A stretch of DNA of 55,548 bases, the filler included, from Stramenopiles sp. TOSAG23-3 (lineage: Eukaryota): NCBI GenBank assembly GCA_900128585.1. It is 4 parts of 4 records of this genome, joined end to end, with 100 filler letters (N's around TTAATTAATTAA, not from the genome) between each part and the next. Parts side by side here need not be neighbours in the genome. Positions count along the whole stretch, not along the records: positions 53,500 to 55,548 come from LT645126.1; 3 more parts are not named here. One strand, given 5' to 3'. Under the pieces are notes generated by a model that searched no databases, was not told the DNA's origin, and saw only the letters and a list, made by a program, of their open reading frames with translations. A program made the position numbers and the translations under genes. The first letter of the stretch is position 1; each line of letters begins with the position of its first letter. Below, one piece after another: positions 53,555 through 55,548 of the stretch.

Positions 53555-55222
53555 TTGAAAGGCACGGTATCTACCCCCGGCCAGCAGAAAGTAGTGCAAC
53601 ATTTTCTCCTGGAGTCCAGTTTTTTGGCATCCCTCGTTGAGCGAAGCACTAAAACCGATAGCAATTCGGTGAAGTATACTTCGTATACCATTCAAGTCCA
53701 GCAAAAGACGATAACGTGGAAGATTCAGCGCAGGTATCGCGATTTTGTGGACTTTCGATTGAAATTAAGACGCCTAGGTTTCCTTCAGATTGCTAAACTT
53801 CCACCAAAAACGTGGACTAAACAAAATTTTGATGCCAACTTCCTAGCGAAGCGGCAAGAGGCACTAGCCGTGTGGATCAGTGACGTATTGTCGTACTTTA
53901 ATAAAGAATCGAGCGGGGATATGGTCTGTTTCCAGCGGGATAAAGGCTCCACAAGTGACCAATATGTGAAACTCTGCCAGTGTATTCGAACATTTTTCAT
54001 CGATAAAGACCTTCAAAAATGCGATACTTCTGCTGAATGTATCGGTTCATCTCCCCTTTCGAAATCTAAAGCCAGTGACGCCGATGAAATTACAGCAGGG
54101 AAAACTTCTAGCCCAATCTCAGCCGTGACATTAACAAGTTTTGAATTACTAAAGGTTCTTGGCAAAGGGTCTTATGGAAAGGTAATTTTAGTACGAAAGA
54201 ATTCAGGTCATGATATTGGATCTTTGTATGCGATGAAAGTCTTAAAGAAGGAACATGTTATGAAGAAAAAACAAGTGGCGCATACAAAAACTGAGCGAAG
54301 CGTTCTAGGTACCATTCGCCACCCGTTTATTGTCCGTTTGCATTACGCATTCCAAACGGGGGATAAACTGCATTTTGTTCTAGATTATTGCTCTGGTGGA
54401 GAATTATTTTTCCATCTTCAAAAACATGGTCGATTCCCCCCGAAATTGGCCTTGTTTTACACTGCAGAATTAACTCTTGCTTTGGGAGAATTACACTCTC
54501 ATGGTATTGTATACCGCGATATGAAGCCGGAAAACATTCTTCTTGACGACCTTGGCCACGTTCAATTGGCAGACTTTGGACTTTCGAAGGAAGGGATCAA
54601 AAGTGGAGAAAAGGGTACTAGATCTTTTTGTGGGACACCTGAGTATCTTGCACCAGAGGTTTTGGAACGTAAAGGCCACGGCTTTGCAGTAGACTGGTGG
54701 GCTTTAGGTGCATTGCTGTATGAAATGATCACTGGCCTACCTCCGTGGTATTCCAGAGATCGGCAAAAAATGTTTGCTTGTATAAGAGGTGCACCACTTC
54801 AATTTCCGGGATATGTGGTGGGTGATTTGAAAGCATTAATATCTGATTTCCTTGTGCGTGATCCAATGAGCAGACTAGGTGGGCGTGGACGAGATGTATG
54901 TGAAGTCCGAGAACACCCTATTTTTAGATTTGTAAATTGGGACACGCTACTACGGCGCGAAACTAAACCACCTTGGAAACCTCCAGTTGCAGGTCCATTT
55001 AAAAACAGCTATGATATTAGCAATTTTGAGGACAGCTTCACTAACTTACCTGTACAAAGTTTGGGTTCCAGCGTAACAAATGAACCCAGCCGCATTGACA
55101 GAGCCCAGTCTGCAACAAATGGTGCATTCGAAGGATTCACTTACGTTGGCGAAAGTGTCTTACTTGGAGATAATTTTCGAGAAAAATTGAATATTAACAA
55201 AAGTAGTGCTCCGAAAAATTGA
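53555..55222 (+). CDS. PX-domain AGC Ser/Thr kinase (SGK/S6K-like); true start not visible
   Basis: PX: YTSYTI, RRYRDF, LPPKTW, KRQEAL. Kinase: GKGSYG, YAMKVL, YRDMKPEN, DFGLSK, FCGTPEYLAPE; hydrophobic motif FEGFTY. Confidence 0.93.
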   Translation: MKGTVSTPGQQKVVQHFLLESSFLASLVERSTKTDSNSVKYTSYTIQVQQKTITWKIQRRYRDFVDFRLKLRRLGFLQIAKLPPKTWTKQNFDANFLAKRQEALAVWISDVLSYFNKESSGDMVCFQRDKGSTSDQYVKLCQCIRTFFIDKDLQKCDTSAECIGSSPLSKSKASDADEITAGKTSSPISAVTLTSFELLKVLGKGSYGKVILVRKNSGHDIGSLYAMKVLKKEHVMKKKQVAHTKTERSVLGTIRHPFIVRLHYAFQTGDKLHFVLDYCSGGELFFHLQKHGRFPPKLALFYTAELTLALGELHSHGIVYRDMKPENILLDDLGHVQLADFGLSKEGIKSGEKGTRSFCGTPEYLAPEVLERKGHGFAVDWWALGALLYEMITGLPPWYSRDRQKMFACIRGAPLQFPGYVVGDLKALISDFLVRDPMSRLGGRGRDVCEVREHPIFRFVNWDTLLRRETKPPWKPPVAGPFKNSYDISNFEDSFTNLPVQSLGSSVTNEPSRIDRAQSATNGAFEGFTYVGESVLLGDNFREKLNINKSSAPKN

Positions 55223-55260
55223 AATATCACAAGATATTGAAAATTGGTTTCATATTTTTT

Positions 55261-55548
55261 AAAAACAAGAAAATTGGCTGTTGTTATATAAGTAATTAAA
55301 TTTAGCTTCCTCATACCCTAATCCTAACTTGGTTCTGTTATTTTGTTTCGTTGTTGGTTGTCAATCACCGATGGGATATAATTTCCAATATTGAACAATT
55401 TAATTCCTTTTGTCTGCTTACGGCCTCATCCGATATCTCACTCATAGGTAACTTAATCCTTTTACGATTTTCCAAGCAGCGGCTTAATTGTTTTAGAGGT
55501 GCTCGTTGTCTGTCTTGTAAATCAGTCATGGGATTGTCATCTGTGGGT
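55261..55548 (+). repeat. Repeat family A, longest copy (>=288 bp, runs off the window)
   Basis: Terminal motif 39 nt after the kinase stop; shares segments with both 3051-3139 and 34312-34438. Confidence 0.92.

Overview
Eukaryotic (protist) nuclear scaffold: about 24 mostly intronless genes in GC-richer blocks, separated by very AT-rich low-complexity spacers. An outer-dynein-arm docking protein indicates a flagellated cell; a stramenopile-like flagellate is my inference. Recognisable genes: ASPM-like, ERGIC/Erv46, L-type lectin, two DEAD-box helicases, two mitochondrial carriers, GrpE, ACSF3-like ligase, TRAPPC2L, ODA-DC, CDC48-family AAA, PhyH dioxygenase, Zn-ADH, class-V PLP enzyme and a PX-AGC kinase. 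Best leads: (1) a 1051-aa GPAT-type acyltransferase with a dsRBD-like insert that itself contains EF-hands, fused to a lysophospholipase-like hydrolase; (2) a dispersed element whose conserved end (AACAAGAAAATTGGCTGTTATTT) sits downstream of stop codons, always in the sense orientation; (3) a 201-bp TA-flanked foldback element at a splice donor of a carrier gene; (4) a ~530-bp repeat whose partial copies bracket the PLP-enzyme gene in inverted orientation; (5) odd domain architectures (tandem PAS-like, AKAP17A+FAS1, RCC1+PA, membrane-anchored GrpE); (6) a head-to-head PhyH/ADH pair, both ending in PTS1-like tripeptides. There are five assembly gaps, three carrying an artificial TTAATTAATTAA linker. 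No tRNA, rRNA or CRISPR array was recognised. All domain calls are motif recognition by eye, not database searches.
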